A program made the position numbers and the translations under genes. From positions 3,424,001-3,488,000 of the forward strand of contig CAWCKH010000004.1 of assembly GCA_963796055.1 (NCBI GenBank): 64,000 bases of DNA, written 5' to 3'. The DNA comes from an uncultured delta proteobacterium (GTDB taxonomy: Bacteria; Myxococcota; Myxococcia; Myxococcales; Myxococcaceae). Positions 19,939 to 29,249 of this stretch are shown here, piece after piece. Each line of letters opens with the position of its first letter. Position 1 is the stretch's first letter. The notes below the pieces were generated by a model. The model saw nothing but the letters and a program-made list of their open reading frames with translations, had not been told where the DNA came from and searched no databases.

Positions 19939-20823
19939 GTGCGTGCTTCCATCTGCATCCTCGTCACCTCGCTCGGCCTCACCGGCTGTTTTGGGTATTC
20001 CGGGGGGTACGCCCGCGAGCCGCTCGTTGCCGAGACTGCGGTCTCTTCGTCGCCGCACGCCTCCATCATGGCCACCCGCCTGGCCGGTCCCGCGCGGTGG
20101 TCGTCGGACGACCTGGAGGATCTCGGTGGCCCGGTCATTCCCGAGGCGACGGTTTACGCCCTCTGGTGGGGTGAACCCTCGCGGTTCCCCGCCGACGCCA
20201 TGTCCGGGATCGACACCTTCCTCACCGGACTCGATGGATCGCGGTACCTGGCGACCGCCGACCAGTACGTACGGCGGCCGGCGCGGGCGACCTTCGTGGG
20301 ACACCTCGTGGAGACCTCGCCGGCGCCCACCCATTCGCCGTCCACCGAGGAGCTCGTCTCCAAGGTGTGCCAGGTGCTGGCTGACGCGCAGCAAACCCCG
20401 AGCCCCACCGCGCTGTACCTGGTCTTCACCGACAACTTCCCCGAGCCATCGAACTTCTGCGGCTTTCACGATGGCGGCCGCTGTCCGGGCGGGCAGCGGA
20501 TCCACATCGCGTACCTGCCGAACCTGGCCGGGGCGCCGCAGTGCGATCCGGGGGACCTCTTCCGCTGCAACGCCCTCAGCGAACCCACCCGTGCCCTGGC
20601 CAACGTGACCGCGCACGAGGTCATCGAGATGCTCACCGACCCGGACGGGAACGCCTGGCTGGACCGCTCCGGCGACGAGATCGCCGACAAGTGCAACTTC
20701 CTCTTCGGGAGCTGCGTCGCCCTCGGCAGCACCCGCTGGCAGCTGCAGAAGCAGTGGTCCAACGCGGACCACGGCTGCATCCAGGAGAAGTACGCGGCGC
20801 CGAGGGTGGCGATCGCCCGATAG
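19939..20823 (+). CDS. Lipoprotein with Phi-1/EXORDIUM-like domain
   Basis: GGAGG then GTG; LTGC lipobox; FCGFH, AHEVIEMLTDP...W...GDEIADKC, LQKQWSN motifs. Confidence 0.75.
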   Translation: MRASICILVTSLGLTGCFGYSGGYAREPLVAETAVSSSPHASIMATRLAGPARWSSDDLEDLGGPVIPEATVYALWWGEPSRFPADAMSGIDTFLTGLDGSRYLATADQYVRRPARATFVGHLVETSPAPTHSPSTEELVSKVCQVLADAQQTPSPTALYLVFTDNFPEPSNFCGFHDGGRCPGGQRIHIAYLPNLAGAPQCDPGDLFRCNALSEPTRALANVTAHEVIEMLTDPDGNAWLDRSGDEIADKCNFLFGSCVALGSTRWQLQKQWSNADHGCIQEKYAAPRVAIAR

Positions 20824-20901
20824 AGGCCCCACGGCGGTGTTGCACCTTGGTCCCATGCGCTTCGGGCCACCGCGCAGGGGGGTTCCTGGCAGAGTGCGCG
20901 C

Positions 20902-22227
20902 ATGACAGCCCGGCGGTTTCTCCTGGTCGCCGCGATGTTCTGCGCTTGCGCCGGCTCCTCCAAGGAGCAGGACTCGAAGCCGGCCCAGCCACCTCCACCA
21001 CCACCCCAGCAGCCGGCAGCCCAGGCCGCGCCGCCGACCGTGGGCACCCCTGGCCAGGCCGCGCCACCCGCATCGACCCAGAGCGGCTTGGCCCCGGAGG
21101 CACTCGAGGCTCTGGTCTCACCCATCGCGCTGTTCCCGGATCCGCTGCTTGGCCAGGTGCTCGAGGCATCGCTCCGGCCACAGGAGGTCGCCGAGGCCTC
21201 GGCCTTCCTCAAGGCGCACCCCAGCCTCGCGGGAAAGGAGCTGGAGGCATCGCTGAAGGACAGACCCTGGGACCAGAGCGTGAAGGCGCTGGCCGCGCTT
21301 CCCGACGTCCTGAAGATGCTGAGCGAGCACCAGGACTGGGCCCGAGATCTGGGAACCGCCTACCGCACGCAGCGCGAGTCGGTGCTCTTCGCGGTGCAGC
21401 AGATGCGGTCGCGGGCGATGGAGGCCGGGAACCTCAAGTCCTCGTCGCAGCAGACGGTGAAGGTGGAGAAGGGCGGGACGGCGAGCGACGGCACCCAGAC
21501 GACCATCATCTACATCGAGCCGGCCCAGCCCGAGGTGGTCTACGTGCCGGTCTACAGCCCGACGGTGGTCTACGGCACCTGGGCCTACCCGGCGTATCCG
21601 CCGCCGCCGGTGTATCCGCCGGGCTACGTCGTCGGTGGCGCGGCAATCAGCTTCACCATCGGGTTCGCCATCGGCTCGAGCTACTGGCGCTATCCGCCGT
21701 ATCCACCGTACCCGCCGCGGCCTCCGTATCCGCCACGTCCGCCGCCTCCCGGAGGCTGGGGACGGCCGCCAGGGGGGGCAGGTGGGCCGGGAGGCCCGGG
21801 CGGGCCGGGCGGTCCAGGGGGTCCGGGAGGGCCGGGTGGCCCCGGTGGCATCGGGGGGCCCGGTGGTCCTGGAAGCCCTGGTGGCCCCGGTGGCCCTGGC
21901 AGTCCCGGAGGTCGGCCCCCGGGCCCGAGTACGCTTCCCTCCGGTCCGGGCGCCTCCGGAGGCAGGCCTGCAGGCCCGAGCACGCTTCCCTCCGGTCCGG
22001 GAGCTGGAGCCGGTGCACCCCGTCCGTCGACGGGCATGCCCTCGACACCGCCCGGGTACGGCGGGGGCGGTGACCGGGGCTGGGGTGCGCCCTCGGCCAA
22101 GCCGGCCCCGTCAGGTCCGGCGTGGGGCGGGGGGATGAACAGCGGCGCACAGACCCGCGCGGCGAGCAGCCGCGGCCAGTCGAGCGTCGGAGGTGGCGGT
22201 GGACGCGGTGGCGGACGGAGGCGCTGA
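20902..22227 (+). CDS. DUF3300 domain protein with Pro/Gly-rich tail
   Basis: LEALVSPIALFPDPLLGQVL, WDQSVKAL, VVYVPVYSP motifs. Confidence 0.9.
   Translation: MTARRFLLVAAMFCACAGSSKEQDSKPAQPPPPPPQQPAAQAAPPTVGTPGQAAPPASTQSGLAPEALEALVSPIALFPDPLLGQVLEASLRPQEVAEASAFLKAHPSLAGKELEASLKDRPWDQSVKALAALPDVLKMLSEHQDWARDLGTAYRTQRESVLFAVQQMRSRAMEAGNLKSSSQQTVKVEKGGTASDGTQTTIIYIEPAQPEVVYVPVYSPTVVYGTWAYPAYPPPPVYPPGYVVGGAAISFTIGFAIGSSYWRYPPYPPYPPRPPYPPRPPPPGGWGRPPGGAGGPGGPGGPGGPGGPGGPGGPGGIGGPGGPGSPGGPGGPGSPGGRPPGPSTLPSGPGASGGRPAGPSTLPSGPGAGAGAPRPSTGMPSTPPGYGGGGDRGWGAPSAKPAPSGPAWGGGMNSGAQTRAASSRGQSSVGGGGGRGGGRRR
21770..22000 (+). repeat. Low-complexity (GGP)n coding repeat plus duplicated GPSTLPSGPG unit
   Basis: GGPGGPGGP... 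in translation; ggcccgagNacgcttccctccggtccggg twice, 51 bp apart. Confidence 0.85.
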
Positions 22228-22233
22228 GCGATC

Positions 22234-23139
22234 ATGACCCTTCGACGCGCGATACTCTCCGTGCTCCTGGTCGTCCCGGGCCCGGTTCTCGCCGCCGGCG
22301 CAAAGGCGTACCCGGACCCGGCGACGGCGACCGAGGCGCTGATCGCCGCGGCCCGCTCGGGCCAGGTCGACGCCCTGGTGGGGGTGCTGGGCGACCGTTC
22401 GAGATCCTTCCTGGTCTCGGGCGATCCGGTGGCCGATCGGACCGCGCTCCAGAAGTTCGTGGCGTTGTTCGATCGCGACCACACGCTGGCGGCGCCGGAC
22501 GAGCGGACGCGGACCCTGGTGGTGGGCGAGGATGCATGGCCCTTTCCGATCCCGCTGGTGCACGGGTCGGCGGGCTGGACCTTCGATGTGAAGGCCGGCG
22601 AGGCGGAGCTCCTCGCGCGCCGGGTGGGACAGAACGAGCTGGACGCGATCCAGGTGTGCCTGGGCTACGTGAACGCGCAGCGGGACTACCTGTCGCGCAA
22701 TCCGCAGGGGGCCAGCGTCCCGCACTATGCGGACCACCTCATGAGCTCGCCCGGCAAGCGCGATGGGCTCTACTGGAAGAGCTCCGCCGGCGAGCCGGAG
22801 AGCCCGATGGGTCCGGCGGTGAGCGGCGCCCTGCGCGAGGGCTATGCGCCGAAGTACGGCCAGCGCGCGCCCTACCGGGGTTACCTGTACCGGATTCTCG
22901 GCGCGCAGGGCCCGAACGCCGAGGGCGGCGCGATGGACTATCGGGATGGGGGAAAGCTCACCCGGGGCTTCGCCCTGGTCGCGTACCCGGCGGCGTACGG
23001 CAAGTCGGGGGTGATGACCTTCCTGGTGAACCAGTCGGGGGTCGTCTTCGAGAAGGACCTCGGCCCGAAGACCGCCAAGACGGCCGAGGGACTGAAGCGC
23101 TTCGATCCCGACACGAGCTGGAAGCGCGTCGAGCCGTAG
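22234..23139 (+). CDS. DUF2950 domain protein
   Basis: WPFPIPLV, RRVGQNEL, GFALVAYPAAYGKSGVMTF motifs; usual partner of DUF3300. Confidence 0.92.
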   Translation: MTLRRAILSVLLVVPGPVLAAGAKAYPDPATATEALIAAARSGQVDALVGVLGDRSRSFLVSGDPVADRTALQKFVALFDRDHTLAAPDERTRTLVVGEDAWPFPIPLVHGSAGWTFDVKAGEAELLARRVGQNELDAIQVCLGYVNAQRDYLSRNPQGASVPHYADHLMSSPGKRDGLYWKSSAGEPESPMGPAVSGALREGYAPKYGQRAPYRGYLYRILGAQGPNAEGGAMDYRDGGKLTRGFALVAYPAAYGKSGVMTFLVNQSGVVFEKDLGPKTAKTAEGLKRFDPDTSWKRVEP

Positions 23140-23150
23140 GCGTGAGAGTG

Positions 23151-23888
23151 TCAAACGCGGCCGGAGCGCAGCCAGCGCGCCCACTCGGGCCGGCCGTGCC
23201 GGGCGGCGCTGGCGGAAGCCGCGTCCCAGTCGTAGGCGATCTGGTGCTGCTCGGCCTGCCAGCCGCTGGGCGTCCGCTCGCAGACCACGAAGCGCGCGTG
23301 CGGGGACCCGTTCTCGACCTGGTGGGGGTGAGGCGCATCGCCGGTGAACGCCTGCAGACCGACGCTGCCGGCGTTGACCACCAGCTGTCCGGTGGACAGG
23401 CGCACCGTGCGCGGATGATGGGAGTGCCCGGAGAGGACGAGCGCGTGCCGGGCGCCGGCGAGCCGGTCGGCGATGACCTCGTCCGCGGCGAGCTTCACCG
23501 GTCCGCCGTCCAGCTCCTCGCAGAGGTAGACCAGGTCGGTCTCCGGGGTGCCGTGGCAGACGAGCACATCGGCGGCGAGCTCCAGCGTCGCGGGGAGGGT
23601 GGAAAGCCAGGCGCGCTGCGCAGCGGTGGTGTGCTCGAACGCGTACTGGTCGCTCGCGCCGCCTGGAGCCTCGGCGCAGGCGAGCAGCTGCCGCTCGTGG
23701 TTGCCGCGGATGATGGCCGCCTCGAGCGCCATGAGCACCTCGGCCGTCTCGGACGGCTCGAGCGGACCGGAGAGGAGATCCCCGGCGACCACCAGCCGAT
23801 CGATGTCGCCGAGGGCGCGGATCCGGGCGAGCACTGCCTCGAGTGCCCGGATGTTTCCATGGATGTCGGAGATGATGGCCAGCCGCAC
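23151..23888 (-). CDS. Metallophosphoesterase family protein
   Basis: SDIHGN, GD, RGNHE, CHG, GHSH, NAGSVG motifs; GTG start. Confidence 0.92.
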   Translation of the reverse strand: MRLAIISDIHGNIRALEAVLARIRALGDIDRLVVAGDLLSGPLEPSETAEVLMALEAAIIRGNHERQLLACAEAPGGASDQYAFEHTTAAQRAWLSTLPATLELAADVLVCHGTPETDLVYLCEELDGGPVKLAADEVIADRLAGARHALVLSGHSHHPRTVRLSTGQLVVNAGSVGLQAFTGDAPHPHQVENGSPHARFVVCERTPSGWQAEQHQIAYDWDAASASAARHGRPEWARWLRSGRV

Positions 23889-23924
23889 GGTTGAGAAGCC
23901 TAGCGTGAAGCGAGGAGGGAGATC

Positions 23925-24614
23925 ATGAGCCAAGAGAGGTCGCGAGCGCTCGCCGGAACGCTCAGGCTCCCACGGCCTTCGCTCGCCGGCAGCAGGTCTC
24001 TGGGCGGGGCCCTGCGCGCGCGGCGGACGGTCCGGGGGATCTCGGATCGCCCGCTCCCGCTCCCGGTCCTCTCTGGGCTCCTCTGGGCTGCGTGGGGCGT
24101 CAACCGGCGCCGTGGGCCGTTCGGGGCGCTCGGGAGAACGGCGGCCTCGGCGAGCAACTCGCAGGAGATCGACCTGTACGTGCTTCGGCCCGAGGGGGCG
24201 TTCATTTACGATGCCCCACGCCACGAGCTGTTGCCGGTCGTGGCGAGAGACCTGCGCCACCTCTGCCTCAACCCCGGGCACGGCCTGCTGGGGGCCACCG
24301 CGCCGGTGCGCCTGGTCTTCGTGGTCGACCTGGATCGGCTCGAGCACACGCAGGGGTTCGAGGAGCCGGGGCTGCATGATCCCGTCGTCCAGCGCTCGTA
24401 CTACTTCGTGGACACCGGGCTCATCGCCGCCAACGTGTACCTGTTCGCCGCGGCCACCGGGCTCGCGGCGTGGTTTCACAACTGCCAGCGGAACGCGCTC
24501 GCTCGTGCGCTGCGGCTGGGGAAGAACCAGCGCGTGCTCTTTGCCCAGACGGTTGGTTATCCAGGCCGCTCCGTCGCCGTCCGTCCAGGTCGCGCCAGCG
24601 GCCGCCGACGGTGA
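23925..24614 (+). CDS. Nitroreductase (SagB/ThcOx-like) family protein
   Basis: RRTVR, RTAASASNSQEIDLY, DTGLIAANVYL, QTVGYP motifs. Confidence 0.88.
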   Translation: MSQERSRALAGTLRLPRPSLAGSRSLGGALRARRTVRGISDRPLPLPVLSGLLWAAWGVNRRRGPFGALGRTAASASNSQEIDLYVLRPEGAFIYDAPRHELLPVVARDLRHLCLNPGHGLLGATAPVRLVFVVDLDRLEHTQGFEEPGLHDPVVQRSYYFVDTGLIAANVYLFAAATGLAAWFHNCQRNALARALRLGKNQRVLFAQTVGYPGRSVAVRPGRASGRRR

Positions 24615-24746
24615 ACGTCGCGGGGCAGTGAGTCTCGTAGCTCCTCCACGCGCGATGGCAATCCGTCGGGCGGGCGCCGCGCTCGCCTGCGCAACACCCG
24701 TTCGAACGGCGGAGCGGCTTGTCTGCGAGTGACCCCGACAGGGACG

Positions 24747-24793
24747 GGGCTCGAACAAAGCCCGGATCCGTTCGAGTCGCCGCACGCCCTCGG
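24747..24793. repeat. 47-bp direct repeat, copy 1 (duplicate of DUF3141 3' end at 29319-29365)
   Basis: gggctcgaaca..gcccggatccgttcgag.cgccgcacgccctcgg, 3 mismatches. Confidence 0.9.
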
Positions 24794-24842
24794 AAGTTCG
24801 GCGCCTTCGTCTAAGCGGCTTTGCCGATCTCCGTCGTGCTTC

Positions 24843-26234
24843 CTAATAGATCCCGGTCACGTAGAACACGCTGATGGCCACTGCCACGGCGGCGGTCTTG
24901 AGCAGCGTGATCGCGAAGATGTCGCGGTAGGCGACCTTGTGCGTCAGGCCGGTCACGGCCAGCAGCGTGATCACCGCGCCATTGTGCGGCAGCGTGTCCA
25001 TGCCACCGCTCGCCATCGCCGCGATCCGGTGCAGGACTTCGAGCGGGATGCCGGTCGAGTGCGCGGCGGCGACGAACCTGTCGGCCATCGTGGCGAGGGC
25101 GATGCTCATCCCGCCGGAAGCCGATCCGGTGATGCCGGCGAGCGCGGTCACGGTGACCGCCTCGTTGAACAGCACCCCCGGGATCGCCTTCAGCCCGTTG
25201 GAAAGCACGAGGAAGCCCGGCAGCGCAGCGATCACGGCGCCGAAGCCGTACTCCGACGCGGTATTGATGGCCGCGAGCAGCGCCCCGGCGACCGCCGCCT
25301 TGCTCCCTTCGGCGAACCGTTCCTTGAGCGTTTCGAAGGCGAACACGACGACCGTCAGGATGCCGAGGAGCAGCGCGCCTTCCACCGCCCAGATCGCGGC
25401 CACCGAGGAAACCTGCGTGACCACCGGCTTGGCCAGCCCGGGCAGCGATGTGGAAACGCTCGCGCCGTAGACGCGCGGGATGAGCAGGGTGAACACCTTG
25501 TTCATCACGCCGACGACGACGAGCGGCGCGATGGCGAGCCAGGGGTTCAGGAGCTTCTCCGCGGGGAAGGCCTCGGGCTCGTTGACGAGCTTCGTACCGT
25601 AGCCTTCGCCGGCTGCGGCGGCCTGCCGGCGGCGCCACTCGAGGTACGCGAGGCCACTCATCAGGATGAAGAGTGCGCTGATGACGCCCAGCCACGGCGC
25701 CGCCCAGGTGTTGGTCTTGAAGAAGGTGGTGGGGATGATGTTCTGGATCTGCGGCGTGCCGGGCACCGCGTCCATGGTGAAGCTGAACGCGCCAAGGGCG
25801 ATGGTCGCGGGGATGAGCCGCTTCGGGATGCCCCCCTGCCGGAACATCTCGGCGGCGAACGGATAGACCGCGAACACCACGACGAAGAGCGACACCCCGC
25901 CATAGGTGAGGAGCGCGCACACCAGCACGATCGACAGACTCGCGCGGGTGCGCCCCACCAGGCCGATCACCGCCGTGACGATCGAGCGCGCGAAACCCGA
26001 CAGCTCGATCACCTTGCCGAACACCGCGCCGAGCAGGAACACCGGCAGGTAGGACTTGATGAAGACCACCATCTTGTCCATGAACACGCCGCTGAAGACC
26101 GGTGCCACGTGCGTCGGGTCCGTGAGCAGCACGGCGAGCAGTGCGCAGATCGGTGCGAACAGGATGACGCTGAAGCCCCGGTACGCGACGAACATCAGGA
26201 GCACCAGCGCAAGCAAGACGATGACGAGGCTCAT
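24843..26234 (-). CDS. GntP family permease (probable 3-hydroxybutyrate permease)
   Basis: PGTPQIQNIIP, GITGSASGGMSI, DTLPHNGAVITLL; context with bdh and CoA transferase. Confidence 0.9.
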   Translation of the reverse strand: MSLVIVLLALVLLMFVAYRGFSVILFAPICALLAVLLTDPTHVAPVFSGVFMDKMVVFIKSYLPVFLLGAVFGKVIELSGFARSIVTAVIGLVGRTRASLSIVLVCALLTYGGVSLFVVVFAVYPFAAEMFRQGGIPKRLIPATIALGAFSFTMDAVPGTPQIQNIIPTTFFKTNTWAAPWLGVISALFILMSGLAYLEWRRRQAAAAGEGYGTKLVNEPEAFPAEKLLNPWLAIAPLVVVGVMNKVFTLLIPRVYGASVSTSLPGLAKPVVTQVSSVAAIWAVEGALLLGILTVVVFAFETLKERFAEGSKAAVAGALLAAINTASEYGFGAVIAALPGFLVLSNGLKAIPGVLFNEAVTVTALAGITGSASGGMSIALATMADRFVAAAHSTGIPLEVLHRIAAMASGGMDTLPHNGAVITLLAVTGLTHKVAYRDIFAITLLKTAAVAVAISVFYVTGIY

Positions 26235-26244
26235 GCGCGCATCC

Positions 26245-26718
26245 TCAATAGCTGCTCGGGTAGGGAAAGAGCAGCGTCACGCGCTCGTCGTGCATCCTGC
26301 GCAGCAGCCGCTCGTGCCGCTCGATGAGCGAGCCCGTCAGGTCGCGAACCGAGAGCACGCCAAGCACGGCTCCGCAGCTCACCACCGGAAGATGGCCGAT
26401 GCGCTCGCGGTGCATGAGCGCCACGCACTCGGGCACCTTGGTTTCCGGCGCCACGGTGTGCACACGCGTGGTCATGAGCTCGCGCACCAGCATGCGGCGG
26501 TGCAGGATCACGCCGCGGGCGATGTCGCGTTCCGACACCACGCCCACCAGCGTCTTGCCTTCCAGAACCAGCAGGAACCCGATGTCCTTTCCCTCCATTT
26601 CGCTCAGCGCGGCGCGCGCGGTGGCGCTCGGCGCGGTCGTGACGAGCCGCCGGCGCTTGTGCGCGATCAGCTCGCCCGCCGTGCCGAACGGCTCGAGCGT
26701 GCGTCGCCGGGTTCGCAC
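26245..26718 (-). CDS. CBS domain protein
   Basis: LVGVVSERD...M...IGHLPVV...LGVLSVRD. Confidence 0.88.
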   Translation of the reverse strand: MRTRRRTLEPFGTAGELIAHKRRRLVTTAPSATARAALSEMEGKDIGFLLVLEGKTLVGVVSERDIARGVILHRRMLVRELMTTRVHTVAPETKVPECVALMHRERIGHLPVVSCGAVLGVLSVRDLTGSLIERHERLLRRMHDERVTLLFPYPSSY

Positions 26719-27369
26719 TCAGACCGCCATCGCGGAAACGTGCTCGGAAACCGCGAGCTCGGCTTCGGTGGCTTCACTCACCTGTCCCACGGTCACTCCG
26801 GGCGCGATCTCGAGCAGCGTCGCTCGCCCGCCCGGAAAGCCGATCACCGCGAGCTCGGTGACCACCAGATCCACCACCCGCGCCGAAGTGAGCGGCAGCG
26901 AGCATTGCTTGACGATCTTCGGCTGGCCCTTCGCCGTGTGCTGCATGGCGACGATGACCCGCTTGGCGCCGGTCACGAGGTCCATGGCGCCGCCCATGCC
27001 CGGCACCATCTTGCCCGGGATCATCCAGTTGGCGAGATGGCCCGAGGCATCGACCTGGAGTGCGCCGAGCACCGTCATGTCGAGATGCCCGCCGCGGATC
27101 AGTCCAAACGACATCGCGCTGTCGAAGGTGCACGCGCCGGGCAGCGCGCTCACCGGCTTTCCGCCGGCGTCGGTGAGCAGGGGATGGTTCATGCCTTCCG
27201 CGGGCGGGGCGCCGGTGCCGATCAGGCCGTTTTCCGACTGGAAGTACACGTTCATGCCGGTCGGCACGAACTTCGAGACCAGGGTGGGAATGCCGATGCC
27301 GAGGTTGACGAGCATGCCGTTCCTCAGCTCCTGCGCGATTCGCTTGGCAATGATTGTCTGGGCGTCCAT
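26719..27369 (-). CDS. atoA: 3-oxoacid CoA-transferase subunit B
   Basis: VNLGIGIPT, QSENG (catalytic Glu), GMGGAMDL. Confidence 0.92.
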   Translation of the reverse strand: MDAQTIIAKRIAQELRNGMLVNLGIGIPTLVSKFVPTGMNVYFQSENGLIGTGAPPAEGMNHPLLTDAGGKPVSALPGACTFDSAMSFGLIRGGHLDMTVLGALQVDASGHLANWMIPGKMVPGMGGAMDLVTGAKRVIVAMQHTAKGQPKIVKQCSLPLTSARVVDLVVTELAVIGFPGGRATLLEIAPGVTVGQVSEATEAELAVSEHVSAMAV

Positions 27370-27374
27370 GGGTC

Positions 27375-28022
27375 TCAGGCGTGCGAGATGATGTAGTCGA
27401 CGACCGGCGCGGGCGTGATCACCTGGTCGGGGGCGATCACGCCGACAGGCACGATGTTGTCGGCTTCGACGATCACCGTGTCGGCCGCCATGGCCATCAC
27501 GGGGTTGAAGTTGCGCGCGGTCAGTGCGTAGTAGAGGTTGCCGATGTAGTCCGCGAGGAACGCCTCCACGAGCGCGAAATCTGCACGCAGCGCGGTCTCG
27601 AGCAGGTAGGGCTTGCCCGCGAGATCGATGCGTTGCTTCCCTTTCTCCACGACGGTGCCGACGCCGGTGGGGGTGAGCACGCCGCCGAGGCCGAAGCCGC
27701 CGGCGCGGATGCGCTCGATCAGCGTGCCCTGGGGCACGAGGTCCACCTCGAGCTCTCCGGCGAGCATCTTCTTCTGCGTCTCGGGGTTGAGACCGATGTG
27801 GCTGGCGATCGTCTTTCTCACCGCGCCGGCGCTGATGAGCTTGCCGATGCCGACGCCGGGAAGCGCGTTGTCGTTCGCGATCACCGTCAGGTTGCGCCTG
27901 CCCTGGCGCACCAGCTCATCCACCAGACGCTCGGGCGTCCCCACGCCCATGAACCCGCCGATCATCACGGTCGCGCCGTCGGGGATCATCGCCACGGCGT
28001 CCGCCAGGAGAATTGTCTTCAT
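27375..28022 (-). CDS. atoD: 3-oxoacid CoA-transferase subunit A
   Basis: DGATVMIGGF, PQGTLIERIRAGG, NFNPVMA. Confidence 0.92.
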   Translation of the reverse strand: MKTILLADAVAMIPDGATVMIGGFMGVGTPERLVDELVRQGRRNLTVIANDNALPGVGIGKLISAGAVRKTIASHIGLNPETQKKMLAGELEVDLVPQGTLIERIRAGGFGLGGVLTPTGVGTVVEKGKQRIDLAGKPYLLETALRADFALVEAFLADYIGNLYYALTARNFNPVMAMAADTVIVEADNIVPVGVIAPDQVITPAPVVDYIISHA

Positions 28023-28804
28023 TGGGCGGTCCAGCCTCCGTCGACCGGCAGCGCAATGCCGCGGATCTGCGCCGCTGCGGGTGAGCAGAGGAAGAGCGCC
28101 GTGGCGCCGATCTCGTCCGGCGTTGCGAACTCGAGCGAGGGCTGCTTCTCGCCGAGCAGCTTCATCTTCGCCGCGACGGGAGAGAGATCTTCTCGCGCCG
28201 CGCGATCGTCGATCTGCTTCTGCACCAGCGGGGTCAGCACCCAGCCCGGGCAGATCGCGTTGCAGGTGATACCAGTGGTGGCGGTCTCGAGCGCGACGAC
28301 CTTCGTGAGTCCAACGATGCCGTGCTTCGCCGCGACATAAGCCGCCTTCTGCGCCGACGCCACGAGGCCGTGGGTCGACGCGATGTTGATGATCCGGCCC
28401 CAGTTGCGCGCCTTCATCTGCGGCAGGGCGGCGCGGATGGCGTGGAACGCGGCCGACAGGTTGATCGCGATCACGGCGTCCCACTTCTCGAGCGGAAACT
28501 CGTCGACCGGCGCGACGTGCTGGATGCCCGCGTTGTTCACCAGGATGTCCACGCCGCCCAGCTCGCGCGCCGCCTGCGCGACCATCGCCGCGATCTCGGC
28601 GGGCTTCGACATGTCGGCGGCGCTGTAGGACGCTTTGACCTTGTTTTTCGAGCCGAGCTCGGCGACGAGCTTCTCGATCAGCCCCTTGTCGCCGAAGCCG
28701 TTCAGCACGACGTTCGCGCCCGCCCCCGCGAGTGAGCGCGCAATGCCGAGCCCGATGCCGCTCGTGGAGCCGGTTACCAGCGCGACCTTGCCGGACAGGC
28801 TCAT
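28019..28804 (-). CDS. bdhA: 3-hydroxybutyrate dehydrogenase
   Basis: TGSTSGIG, NNAGIQH, YVAAKHG, CPGWVLTPLV. Confidence 0.95.
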   Translation of the reverse strand: MSLSGKVALVTGSTSGIGLGIARSLAGAGANVVLNGFGDKGLIEKLVAELGSKNKVKASYSAADMSKPAEIAAMVAQAARELGGVDILVNNAGIQHVAPVDEFPLEKWDAVIAINLSAAFHAIRAALPQMKARNWGRIINIASTHGLVASAQKAAYVAAKHGIVGLTKVVALETATTGITCNAICPGWVLTPLVQKQIDDRAAREDLSPVAAKMKLLGEKQPSLEFATPDEIGATALFLCSPAAAQIRGIALPVDGGWTAQ

Positions 28805-29063
28805 GCGAGTTCCAATGCGTCGATGATTTGCTTGGCGTTCATACAACCTCCGACTTGCTTGAAATGGGTCGCCGAAGCGCTCTTCAGTGTTTCAGTGGGG
28901 AGAAGGTGGATCCCGTGGAGCGCACCCAACGTCACGACGCCCCTCTCGAAACGTGAATCGTTCGGAAGCGCAGGCACTCCAGGCGGGTCCTCGACAGTAA
29001 CGTCGGCGATGATGGTGTTGCTGGGCCTCAGCGATGGCGGTGACCTAAGAGGCGGGTGGCGCG

Positions 29064-29249
29064 TCAGGGAAAGGTCAAACTCTGCTCGGGCGTGATCCGG
29101 AACTCGACCGGGATGTAGATGCCTTGTGCCCCGCCGAAGGTGACCCGCGTGATTCGAGAGAAGCTGGCGGCATGGTGCACCAGGGTCCCCGGCTCCAGAA
29201 GGATCTCGTCGTGGTACTCGAGCTCGGCGTCGAGCACCTCTGCCTTGGG
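29064..29249 (-). pseudogene. C-terminal fragment of a paralog of the 45935..46822 lipoprotein
   Basis: Reads AEVLDAELEYHDEILLEPGTLVHHAASFSRITRVTFGGAQGIYIPVEFRITPEQSLTFP-stop; no start, begins right after the DUF3141 stop. Confidence 0.85.

Noticed and set aside
28850..29060. Possible decayed patatin-like C-terminus upstream of bdhA
   Set aside because: Similarity too weak to assert without a search
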